This document shows positions 50,330 through 58,701 of a stretch of 64,000 bases of DNA, in pieces (positions within the stretch are counted from its first letter, which is position 1; every line of letters begins with the position of its first letter). The notes beneath the pieces were generated by a model that was given only the letters and a program-made list of their open reading frames with translations, was not told where the DNA came from and searched no databases. The translations under genes were made by a program, and so were the position numbers. Source of the stretch: an uncultured Actinomycetota bacterium (GTDB taxonomy: Bacteria; Actinomycetota; Acidimicrobiia; Spongiisociales; UBA4744); NCBI GenBank assembly GCA_963718995.1, contig CAVRAP010000017.1:22637-86636 (forward strand). Direction: 5' to 3'.

Positions 50330-51943
50330 GTGGCCGCCGCCACAGACGGTCAGCGTTCTCCGATCTGGCAGCGGCTTTCGGTACGCCATCTCCTGTTGCT
50401 CACGCCGTGGATCGGGGTGGTGATCGGGGCGTCCCGGCCGATCCGCGACAACTCTTTCCTTTGGCACGTTCGGGCCGGTGATCTTCAACTCGCTTCCGGC
50501 CGGGTGCTCACAACCGACCCCTTTTCTTTGACGATGGCTGGCGAACCCTGGCGAACGCAGTCCTGGCTCGCCGACCTCCTCTATGGTTCGCTCGAACAGG
50601 CAACGGGCGGCCTCGCCTGGGTGCCCTGGTTGCTGGTGGCCTGTGGCGCCTCGGTGCTCGGTTTGGTTGGATGGCTGACCTTCCGGCGAGTATCCGATCC
50701 GCTGCCTGTGGCGTTGGCTCTGGTTGCCCTCATGTGGTTGGGTCTCCCCAATCTGGTTCCAAGGCCGGTGCTCTTCTCGCTGGTCCTGCTTGCCCTATTG
50801 ATGGTGGTGCTCGAGGTCCAGTTGGACTGGCCCCTCCCTTTGATCTTGTGGGTGTGGGCCGGATTCCACGGTTCTTTTGTGCTAGGCCTCGGCCTTTTGC
50901 TGCTGGACGCTTTGCGCCGACGCATGGCATGGCAGAAAGCAGCCGGTCGAATCGGGGTGGCGCTCATCGCGGTGAGTCTCACTGCCCACGGCCTGGGAGT
51001 TTGGTCGATGCTGGGGTCGTTCCTAACCAATCGTGGTGCCCTGGACTTCATCTCGGAATGGGCCGCGCCGGATCTTCTGTCCGTGGCTGTTGCTCCGTAT
51101 GTCCTGGTTATGGTTGCCGTCCTGGTTGCTGCAGCGTCGGGCCGGATCGAGGCCCGGGAGTTGTGGGTCGTCGCACCCCTGCTCGTTTTCGGTCTGACCT
51201 CGGCCAGAGCGATCATGCCGGCGGCGATCGTGCTCGTACCGTTTGCGGCTTCCGTGTGGCGGCCTGCCGCCGACTCGCGAATGCTGGCCCGCGGTCCGGC
51301 CCGCGCCAACCTGGTCATTGCCACCCTCTTGATTGCCCTCCCTTTTATTGCTCTCGTCGGATTCCCGGGGTTGGACACAGACCGGTTTCCCATAGAAGCT
51401 GCCACGTATCTCGACACCGAAAAGGTGTGGCACGATGATGCGACCGGCGGCTATTTGATCTACTTGAACCAGCTCCCCGTGTTTATCGACGACCGGGCCG
51501 AGCTGTACGGCGCCGAGTTCTTTGGTGAGTTCGTCAATACCCGGCGAGGGACTCCGGTCTGGCGGAGGGCTTTCGACGCCTACGACATTCAACAGGCGCT
51601 GGTTGCCGCCGATGCAGGACTCGCCGAGGTGCTGACGGCCGAGGGGTGGCACGTCGACTTCTCGGATGAAAGCTGGACAGTCTTTTCGCGGGCTAGGGCA
51701 ATTGGCCGGCGGTTCCTCTGTACCCGCCGAAGAGGTTCTTTTCTCGCCGAAGCTGGGACAACAGTCGTCCGCCCCCCAAACGTTCCGGCATCCCTTGTTT
51801 CGGGCCGGGTGAACTGTGTCCCGTCCTCGGTAACGGCTCCGCGCGGCGCTGCTGGAAATGGCCGAGGACGCTCAGCGCTTGAGGGGCTGTCCGTGGCGGC
51901 TCCTGTCCGGAAGAGTGCACAACGAGAGTGGGGGACCCTGTAG
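50330..51943 (+). CDS. Large polytopic membrane protein (putative GT-C-like), paralog of 37023..38582; the last ~80 codons are doubtful
   Basis: GTG 8 nt after the tadC stop. Landmarks shared with the paralog: DNSFLWHVRAGDLQL..DPFSLTMAG..QSWLADL, VWAGFHGSFVLGL, FIDDRAELYGAEF, ESWTVFSRA. After ~51700 the translation becomes Arg-rich and non-protein-like, and the stop sits in a terminator loop. Confidence 0.55.
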   Translation: MAAATDGQRSPIWQRLSVRHLLLLTPWIGVVIGASRPIRDNSFLWHVRAGDLQLASGRVLTTDPFSLTMAGEPWRTQSWLADLLYGSLEQATGGLAWVPWLLVACGASVLGLVGWLTFRRVSDPLPVALALVALMWLGLPNLVPRPVLFSLVLLALLMVVLEVQLDWPLPLILWVWAGFHGSFVLGLGLLLLDALRRRMAWQKAAGRIGVALIAVSLTAHGLGVWSMLGSFLTNRGALDFISEWAAPDLLSVAVAPYVLVMVAVLVAAASGRIEARELWVVAPLLVFGLTSARAIMPAAIVLVPFAASVWRPAADSRMLARGPARANLVIATLLIALPFIALVGFPGLDTDRFPIEAATYLDTEKVWHDDATGGYLIYLNQLPVFIDDRAELYGAEFFGEFVNTRRGTPVWRRAFDAYDIQQALVAADAGLAEVLTAEGWHVDFSDESWTVFSRARAIGRRFLCTRRRGSFLAEAGTTVVRPPNVPASLVSGRVNCVPSSVTAPRGAAGNGRGRSALEGLSVAAPVRKSAQREWGTL

Positions 51944-51955
51944 GGTCCCCCACTC
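51926..51955. terminator. Bidirectional stem-loop between convergent genes
   Basis: Perfect 13-bp stem GAGTGGGGGACCC / GGGTCCCCCACTC with loop TGTA. Followed on the plus strand by GTATCTTTCG. Lies between the 50330 ORF and flp-2. Confidence 0.6.
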
Positions 51956-51976
51956 GTATCTTTCGACGTCTTCGGG

Positions 51977-52165
51977 CTAGTTCTCCACGGAGCTTGCTAT
52001 CTCGCTCCACATCGCCGAGTTCTGATCGCCGGCAAACTGTACCGCAACCAGGGCTACCACTGCGATGAGGACTACGAGTAATCCCCACTCGACCAATCCG
52101 GCGGCTCGCTCGCTGTGGAATCGGATCCCTACAAGCTTACCCAGTGGCTCCCAGCCCATTGACAT
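51977..52165 (-). CDS. Divergent Flp-family pilin-like protein (Ala at the expected cleavage Gly, EW instead of EY)
   Basis: 62 aa: ...HSERAAGLVEWGLLVVLIAVVALVAVQFAG... aligns residue for residue with the flp-1 ERGASMVEYALLVVLIAIIAIL region. 14 nt downstream of flp-1. Confidence 0.55.
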   Translation of the reverse strand: MSMGWEPLGKLVGIRFHSERAAGLVEWGLLVVLIAVVALVAVQFAGDQNSAMWSEIASSVEN

Positions 52166-52179
52166 CGACCTTTCGATAC

Positions 52180-52365
52180 TTACTGGTTGAGGGCGCTGCC
52201 GATTTCGCTGAACGTATCCGAAACCTGGTTACCGGCGAAGGTGATCGCCAGAATCGCGATGATCGCAATCAACACGACCAGCAGTGCGTACTCAACCATG
52301 CTTGCGCCACGCTCGTCCTTGAAGGACTCCCAGCGGGCCGCCAACTCACTCATTACTGTCAACAC
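52180..52365 (-). CDS. flp: Flp pilin (canonical G/xxxxEY processing motif)
   Basis: ...WESFKDERG/ASMVEYALLVVLIAIIAILAITFAGNQV... The GTG at 52365 has GGAGG 6 nt upstream (alternative ATG at 52353). The tracked ORF start at 52413 is less likely. Confidence 0.8.
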   Translation of the reverse strand: MLTVMSELAARWESFKDERGASMVEYALLVVLIAIIAILAITFAGNQVSDTFSEIGSALNQ

Positions 52366-52466
52366 AAGAACCCTCCTACAGGCTCGGGTCACTACCTGGC
52401 GGCAAGCTACCACGCAGAGCGCTCATTTTTCCATAGGTCCAGCGGCCTATTTATCCACAGGTGGGT

Positions 52467-53114
52467 TCAATGCCTGTTGACAAGCCCAAGCCGGATAGCT
52501 TCAACCGCTGCCTGCGTGCGGTCGCTGATGCTCAGCTTCTCGTAGATTGAAGCCAGGTGGTTCTTGACTGTTTTTGGCGATATGTACAGGCGTTCTGCCA
52601 GTTCATCGGTGGCGCTCACGCCTTCGCCGAGCAACGTCATCAGCTCGCGTTCGCGGGCGGTGAGCGAGGCGGCTCCCGGGTCGAGGGACGGCTCCATGTA
52701 GTGACCAAGAATCTCACGGAGAGTGGTCGTTAGCGGAGTCAAGTCTTCGCCAGCCGCGACGGCTCTGACTGCAGCGGCAAGCTCGGGTAGCGGGGTTGAT
52801 TTCGAGAGAAAACCGCGCGCGCCTGCCTCGATGGCTTGAGCACGGCGCTTATCGTCGGCGTGCATGGTGACGATGATGGCGGGCAGCGACCCTTTCAAAA
52901 CGGCTAGGACTTCGAATCCGGACAGGTCTGGCATTTCCAGATCGATCAGGAGCACATCCGCCACGGTTTTTTTGGCAAGAGCGACGAGTTCGACACCGCC
53001 TGAGGCTGTTCCGGCAACGCGGAGATCCGGAATGGCGGCCAGAGCCTGACTCACACCCTCCGCAAAGAGGGTGTGGTCGTCGGCGACAAGTACGGAAATC
53101 AATCTGGCCCCCAT
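52467..53114 (-). CDS. NarL/FixJ-family response regulator (receiver plus LuxR-type HTH)
   Basis: 215 aa. VLVADDH...LLIDLEMPD receiver and ELAERLYISPKTVKNHLASIYEKL HTH. Overlaps the kinase gene end by 16 nt. Confidence 0.85.
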   Translation of the reverse strand: MGARLISVLVADDHTLFAEGVSQALAAIPDLRVAGTASGGVELVALAKKTVADVLLIDLEMPDLSGFEVLAVLKGSLPAIIVTMHADDKRRAQAIEAGARGFLSKSTPLPELAAAVRAVAAGEDLTPLTTTLREILGHYMEPSLDPGAASLTARERELMTLLGEGVSATDELAERLYISPKTVKNHLASIYEKLSISDRTQAAVEAIRLGLVNRH

Positions 53115-54637
53115 GACACGGTAACGGCGGTACCCCCCTTGGTGCTCGTTATGTTGAGTGAAGCCCCGATCCGCTCTGCCCTTTCTTCCATTCCCAGTAA
53201 GCCGTAGTGACCTTCGGGGACTCGATCTCTTCGGAAACCGTTCCCTTCGTCATGCACGGTAATCGCTCCCTCATCGAAGTCCACCGTCCCGTGGACGGTC
53301 ACAATCGAACTTCCCGAATGCCGGATAGCATTGCGGACCGCTTCGGTAATGATGGCGATGAGATCGGGAGCGATCGATGGCCGCGGGGGCCTGCGCTCGG
53401 TGATGCGAACGTCGACTTCCGGATCCCCATCGGCAACCGAAGCGCTAAGGCTCTTCATCACTTCCGTCACACTTGGCTGCTCTGGCATGCGGAGGTCGGC
53501 AACGGTGCTGCGCACATCCTCAACCATGCCACCGACCGACATGCGCAGCTCGCGTAAGTGTTCGGCAAGGTCGGGGTCTGCCGGGTGTTGCAGGAGTGCG
53601 AGGTCGAGAGCTAAGCCCAGGGATGCCAGGGAAGGTCCGATATCATCGTGGAGGTCGCGGGCCAAACGGGCTCGCTCTTCCCGGATCGCTCGCCGGGCGA
53701 TGTCTTGGAGCAACAAGATGTTGGAAAAGGCGAGCGCCACCGGTTGCAGTGACTCTGCGGTCGCCTGGTATTTGGTCGGTGTCAACTCCTCATCAGAAAT
53801 CAGAACAACCATGCCTACGTCCCGGCTTCCGACCGAGAGAGGAATGATCGAACGGTGGTCGTTTGGTTCCTCACTGCCGCGGCGGGCGACCACAACCGGG
53901 CCGTCGTCACCGGCTAGCGCCACCACAGCTGCATGGAACGAAGCCACCTCGGCCAGGCTCTCCAGGGCCGCGTGACCGACGGTAACGGGGTTCAATTCAG
54001 CGGTATCGGCAACCTCGGCGAATCGGGTCAGCAGATTGTTGGCGCGTTCGAGACGTTCGAGTCGCTGTGATACTTCGATCGATGCCGCCGCAAACGCGTC
54101 GGCACGCTCACCCTCTTCAAGTAGCAGGCGGCGGGCTTGACCGAAGGTGAACCCGATGAGGAGGTACAGGCTCGCCCATTGGAAGAAAAGAGGTAGGGCG
54201 AAGTCCTCGCCGATCCCCACAGAGATGATGATGAGTACCCCGGTGGCGAGCCCGGCCGTTGCCAGGCCACTACGGAAACCGCCGAAAACGCCGGCCAACA
54301 TGATCGGTGTGAGCGAGAGAAGCAGGAACGGACTGTTCAGCCCGCCACTCAGACTCACCGCCATCATCACCAGGGTGATGCCGACGAGCGAGGTGAGTTC
54401 GCGAATCCATGTCGTTCGCAAGTAGGAACGGGGCAGGATCTGCGACCCCAGCACATAGACGCTGGCGGCCATGGCTGCAGCGATTGCATCGGGTCCGATT
54501 GCTTCGGTCCCAAGGACCGCGGCTTCCTTGCGGGCCTCCCAAAACGAGATAAATACACCGAGGGCAAGCGCTACCCAAAGAAAGGCGAGGAGAACCTTGT
54601 GAAATCGTGATTCCCATGGGTTCTTGCGTTCGATCAT
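53099..54637 (-). CDS. Sensor histidine kinase (multi-TM N-terminus, GAF-like region, HisKA_3, HATPase)
   Basis: 512 aa. About 5-6 N-terminal TM helices, H-box ARDLHDDIGPSLASL, N-box ITEAVRNAIRHSG, G-box DEGNGF. Confidence 0.85.
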   Translation of the reverse strand: MIERKNPWESRFHKVLLAFLWVALALGVFISFWEARKEAAVLGTEAIGPDAIAAAMAASVYVLGSQILPRSYLRTTWIRELTSLVGITLVMMAVSLSGGLNSPFLLLSLTPIMLAGVFGGFRSGLATAGLATGVLIIISVGIGEDFALPLFFQWASLYLLIGFTFGQARRLLLEEGERADAFAAASIEVSQRLERLERANNLLTRFAEVADTAELNPVTVGHAALESLAEVASFHAAVVALAGDDGPVVVARRGSEEPNDHRSIIPLSVGSRDVGMVVLISDEELTPTKYQATAESLQPVALAFSNILLLQDIARRAIREERARLARDLHDDIGPSLASLGLALDLALLQHPADPDLAEHLRELRMSVGGMVEDVRSTVADLRMPEQPSVTEVMKSLSASVADGDPEVDVRITERRPPRPSIAPDLIAIITEAVRNAIRHSGSSIVTVHGTVDFDEGAITVHDEGNGFRRDRVPEGHYGLLGMEERAERIGASLNITSTKGGTAVTVSWGPD

Positions 54638-54663
54638 CGAGTATCAGAGTACAGTCATTCAAC

Positions 54664-55203
54664 GTGTCTGAGGAGCAAGTACGTGTTTTGCTCACCGGTG
54701 GCATTGGGGCCGGGAAGAGTACGGTTGGGCAGCTGCTGCGTGTTCGGGGCGCCCTCGTGATCGACGCGGACGAGATTGGGCATCAGGTCCTTGAACCTGG
54801 AGGTGCAGCCTACGACCGGGTGGCAGAAACCTGGCCGTCGGTGGTGGTCGACGGCGTGATCGACCGCACCCGGTTGGCCGACATCGTATTTCGCGATCGT
54901 GCAGACCTGGAGCGCCTGGAGAGCTTGACCCACGTCGCCATCCGACAACAGATCGCCCGCATGATTGAGACATCAACCGAGAAGGTCGTCGTCGTCGAAG
55001 TTCCTCTGGTGACAGACTTCATGGGTTCAGGTTGGCTCCGGGTGGTCGTCGACACCGACCCGGAGACGCGCATGGAACGTCTTGGCGGGCGCGGCACGAC
55101 TGCAGACGATGCATCCCGTCGGATGGCTGCGCAACCCGATCGGACCCGGTGGATCGCGACCGCCGATCATGTGATCGACAATTCGGGGGTCGGGATCAGC
55201 TGA
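54664..55203 (+). CDS. coaE: Dephospho-CoA kinase
   Basis: P-loop VLLTGGIGAGKSTVG with a typical CoaE length. I place the start at the GTG at 54664. The tracked ORF start at 54607 would overlap the divergent kinase gene. Confidence 0.8.
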   Translation: MSEEQVRVLLTGGIGAGKSTVGQLLRVRGALVIDADEIGHQVLEPGGAAYDRVAETWPSVVVDGVIDRTRLADIVFRDRADLERLESLTHVAIRQQIARMIETSTEKVVVVEVPLVTDFMGSGWLRVVVDTDPETRMERLGGRGTTADDASRRMAAQPDRTRWIATADHVIDNSGVGIS

Positions 55204-55234
55204 CTGATCAGGTTGATGCGCTTCTTCAGATCCT

Positions 55235-56257
55235 TCAAGCTTCGGGTGACAGGCCGTGACCGGGCTCCAGGTTGGTTCCGGTAGTGGCCGGTAGGGAAGA
55301 CACCACCCATAGCGCCGGAAGGGCGGCCGCCGCCCGAGTCCAATTGAACGGGTTGTGAAGCACGCCTGAACCAAGCATGACCACAAGCAGTCCGGAGGCG
55401 AGCCAAGCCAAGCGCATCCAGCCCCGCTTGGAGATGATGCCTATTGCGCATGTGGCCAACCCGGCCGCTAGCGGGATACTTGCGACGACTGCGGCTCCGG
55501 CGGACATGGAGCGCCATGCCTCCAGGTAGCCGGTGACCGGCACAACCACGGTGGAGGGAGGGATTGTGGTGTCGCCTCCCAGGCCGACCATCCCGATGAT
55601 CCGGATACCCACAGCCACTGCACCGAAAATGACCAGGGTGAGGGGAAGGTCGCCGCGACGGGCAGGGAGTGCGGTGGCGAGGGTCGGTCGTACAGCGGCG
55701 AGCCACCCTGCCGACCATCTTCCGACCTTCTTCGATGATGCAACGATCGCGGCGACGAGCAGAAGAACCCCGAGCGGCTCGGCTGTGTCAGAGGCGAATC
55801 CCACATACAGGGCAGGGTTGGCAGCCAGCAAGTAGGCGGCCCAGCCGTGGCTCGAGGCGAGTCGACTGGACAGCAGACCCAGCGCGAAGAGTGCCAGCCC
55901 GTTGACCATCATGAGGCCAACCGGGACGAGAGATACCTTGCCCAACCCGGCGGCACGGCCCAGCCACGCGTAGCCGACCCGGGCGTACCGATAGGTCGGA
56001 ACTGCCAGTTCCTGGGCCGCACCGTCAAGATCGAGGTCGGAGGCAAGAGCGACGAACGCCTGTCCGTCCCCTCTGGTCCAAAGCAGGAAGAAGGGATGGT
56101 CGTTGTACCAATCGGGGAGATTGATGTCGTAGATGGTCTCAAACCGCTGCAGGTCGTCGCCGGTGAGTTGAGGGTTCGCGGTCTGCACCATGACGACTCG
56201 TACCGACAAGCCGACGCATAAGACCGCAAGACCGATCAGTACATGCCTGAGCCACAC
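55235..56257 (-). CDS. Polytopic membrane protein of unknown family; paralog of 58702..59970
   Basis: 340 aa. N-terminal TM helix, then a loop [31 protein letters not shown], then multiple TM helices with ...[19 protein letters not shown].... The same order of landmarks occurs in the 58702 ORF. Confidence 0.5.
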   Translation of the reverse strand: MWLRHVLIGLAVLCVGLSVRVVMVQTANPQLTGDDLQRFETIYDINLPDWYNDHPFFLLWTRGDGQAFVALASDLDLDGAAQELAVPTYRYARVGYAWLGRAAGLGKVSLVPVGLMMVNGLALFALGLLSSRLASSHGWAAYLLAANPALYVGFASDTAEPLGVLLLVAAIVASSKKVGRWSAGWLAAVRPTLATALPARRGDLPLTLVIFGAVAVGIRIIGMVGLGGDTTIPPSTVVVPVTGYLEAWRSMSAGAAVVASIPLAAGLATCAIGIISKRGWMRLAWLASGLLVVMLGSGVLHNPFNWTRAAAALPALWVVSSLPATTGTNLEPGHGLSPEA

Positions 56258-56418
56258 AGCTCAGGAAACTAGCAGCCGTTCCTTCAGCTTTCGGGACAAG
56301 GCATATTCTCGCGCTTGTCGGACCGACCTCAGCTTGTGCCTTGGCAACGTCTCCGTGCCGGACGCACCTGTCGCGAGACCGCTCCTTACTTGTCGCACCG
56401 CCCACGTACACTGGCCGG

Positions 56419-58431
56419 GTGCCCCCATTTCGTGTCCACTCCGACTTCAAACCGGCCGGCGACCAGCCGAAGGCCATTGAGGCCCTTGCTAGGGGAATCG
56501 AGGATGGGGAGCGCTTCCAAACCCTGCTCGGAATCACCGGGTCCGGGAAATCCGCCACGATCGCTTGGACCATCGAGAAGATCCAGCGACCGACACTCGT
56601 GTTGGCACCCAACAAAGCGCTCGCCGCTCAGCTGGCCAACGAATTCCGGCAGTTTTTTCCCGAGAACCGGGTCGAATACTTCGTCAGCTACTACGACTAC
56701 TACCAGCCTGAGGCCTACATGGCCCAGTCGGATACGTACATCGAAAAAGACGCAACCGTGAATGACGAGATCGATCGACTCCGCCACGCAGCGACAAGCG
56801 CTTTGCTGTTTCGGGAAGATGTCATCATCGTCGCCAGCGTGTCCGCCATCTACGGATTGGGAACCCCTGATGAATATGCCGGCCGGGTGCTGCGGTTGAT
56901 CAAAGGTGTCGAGTACCCGCTGGGCGAGGCGATGCGCCGGCTGGTCGATATCCAGTACGAACGCAACGAAGTGAATCTCACCCGTGGGAAGTTCCGGGTT
57001 AAGGGAGACACACTCGAGGTTTTCCCGGCCTATGAGGAGACGGTCGCCCGGGTGGAGTATTGGGGAGATGAGGTCCAAAGGATCCTCCGCATGAACCCGG
57101 TGACAGGGGAAGTCATGGAGGAGATGCAGGAGCTGTGGATCTTCCCGGCCTCGCACTACGTCGCTTCCCAAGAGCGCATGGAGCGGGCCGTCGTCGGTAT
57201 CGAGGCAGAACTCGAGGAGCGGCTGGCCCAATTCGAGGAAAGCGGCAAGCTGCTCGAAGCTCAGAGGTTACGAATGCGCACCGGGTACGACCTGGAAATG
57301 ATGAAGGAGATTGGCTTCTGTTCGGGCATCGAGAACTACAGTCGCCATATCGACGGCAGGCAACCCGGCGAACCGCCATACACGCTGCTCGATTACTTCC
57401 CGGACAACTTCGTTACGGTGCTCGACGAGAGCCATGTGACCGTTCCGCAGATCCACGGCCAGTTTGCCGGTGACCTGAGCCGCAAGGAATCGCTCGTCGA
57501 GCACGGTTTCCGCCTCCCGTCCGCGATCGACAACCGTCCCCTCCGGTTCGACGAGTGGATGGAGAAGACCGGCCAGGTGATCTTCATGTCGGCTACGCCC
57601 AGCCCCTTCGAGTTGGAACGGTCATCCAGGGTCGTGGAACAGATCGCTCGCCCCACCGGATTGGTGGATCCCGAGGTGATCGTCAAGCCGACCAAAGGGC
57701 AGATCGACGACCTCCTGCACGAGATTCGTGAAAGGGCCGTCCTGGACCAGCGGGTGCTGGTCACGACCCTCACCAAGAAAATGTCCGAGGACCTCACGGA
57801 GTATCTGCTAGAGATGGGCGTACGAGCGCGATACCTCCATTCGGAGATCGACACGCTCGAGCGGGTCCAGATTCTCCGCGACTTGCGGCTCGGCGAATTC
57901 GACGTGCTGGTCGGAATCAACCTTCTTCGGGAGGGTCTCGACCTACCGGAGGTGTCGCTGGTCGCCATCCTCGATGCCGACAAGGAAGGCTTCCTTCGAT
58001 CGGCTACCAGCCTCATTCAGATTATTGGTCGAGCGTCCCGCAATGTGGATGGCCACGTTCTCATGTACGCCGACAATGTGACCGATTCCATGCAGAAGGC
58101 GATCAACGAGACCAATCGGCGGCGCGGCCTTCAGCTTCGCTACAACGAGAAGCACGGCATCGACCCGCAGACGATTCGCAAGAAGGTTTCCGACATCCTC
58201 GAATTGCTGCAAAGTCAGAACGCCCCCGCCCCGGAGCGACGTCGCCGGGAAGTCGAGCAACGGGCAATCCTCGACCTGGGTACCGAAGATCTGGGCCGGC
58301 TGATTCAGAGCCTCGAGGAGGAGATGCACGAGGCGGCCAAGGAGCTCCGCTTCGAGTACGCTGCCCGACTGCGCGATGAGATCAACGAGTTGCGGCGAGA
58401 GATGCGGGATATGGCGGAAGCGGGACGGTAG
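56419..58431 (+). CDS. uvrB: Excinuclease ABC subunit B
   Basis: GTG at 56419 ([20 protein letters not shown]). Walker [20 protein letters not shown], helicase motifs, C-terminal UVR domain ([13 protein letters not shown]). The tracked ORF begins at 56341. Confidence 0.95.
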   Translation: MPPFRVHSDFKPAGDQPKAIEALARGIEDGERFQTLLGITGSGKSATIAWTIEKIQRPTLVLAPNKALAAQLANEFRQFFPENRVEYFVSYYDYYQPEAYMAQSDTYIEKDATVNDEIDRLRHAATSALLFREDVIIVASVSAIYGLGTPDEYAGRVLRLIKGVEYPLGEAMRRLVDIQYERNEVNLTRGKFRVKGDTLEVFPAYEETVARVEYWGDEVQRILRMNPVTGEVMEEMQELWIFPASHYVASQERMERAVVGIEAELEERLAQFEESGKLLEAQRLRMRTGYDLEMMKEIGFCSGIENYSRHIDGRQPGEPPYTLLDYFPDNFVTVLDESHVTVPQIHGQFAGDLSRKESLVEHGFRLPSAIDNRPLRFDEWMEKTGQVIFMSATPSPFELERSSRVVEQIARPTGLVDPEVIVKPTKGQIDDLLHEIRERAVLDQRVLVTTLTKKMSEDLTEYLLEMGVRARYLHSEIDTLERVQILRDLRLGEFDVLVGINLLREGLDLPEVSLVAILDADKEGFLRSATSLIQIIGRASRNVDGHVLMYADNVTDSMQKAINETNRRRGLQLRYNEKHGIDPQTIRKKVSDILELLQSQNAPAPERRRREVEQRAILDLGTEDLGRLIQSLEEEMHEAAKELRFEYAARLRDEINELRREMRDMAEAGR

Positions 58432-58701
58432 CCGCACGAGGCAATCACGGAACCACGTTCGGTGCTATCCGCTCAGAAGGTCCGAGGAGCGCTAGGTCGA
58501 AGCGCTCGGCCCTGATGGCTCAATGCCTTGCCTTGAGAACCCGATGACTGTCAAGTGAACCCGAAGAATCCACATTCGAAAGGACCGTCTGGTCGTCTCG
58601 CTGAGCTTGATCAGGCACCGTTGACATCTTCATCCTGTGATAGCGTCGCCAGGTTGATTGTTGCCGCGGTGTCGTCCGGCGACACCCGGTAGCGTGGCCG
58701 C

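Noticed and set aside
51700-51943. C-terminal ~80 codons of the 50330 ORF as a real domain
   Set aside because: The paralog ends right after the equivalent of ...VFSRA. The tail is Arg-rich and the stop lies in the terminator loop. This is probably non-coding read-through, or a missed stop caused by an indel. It is kept within the feature coordinates only for lack of a defined end.
51693-52088. 131-aa minus-strand ORF overlapping flp-2 and the terminator hairpin
   Set aside because: It is out of frame with the clear Flp-like gene, spans a perfect 13-bp hairpin, and has an Arg/Gly/Pro-rich composition.
56258-56418. Possible LexA/SOS box upstream of uvrB (61984..62050 upstream of uvrA and 15710..15935 upstream of dnaE were also checked)
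   Set aside because: I looked for the actinobacterial TCGAAC-N4-GTTCGA-type palindrome and found no convincing match by eye. A proper motif scan is still advisable.
58621-58646. TTGACA ... TAGCGT as a sigma-70-type promoter for the 58702 gene
   Set aside because: The spacer between the hexamers is only 14 nt, outside the functional 16-18 nt range, and there is no supporting evidence.
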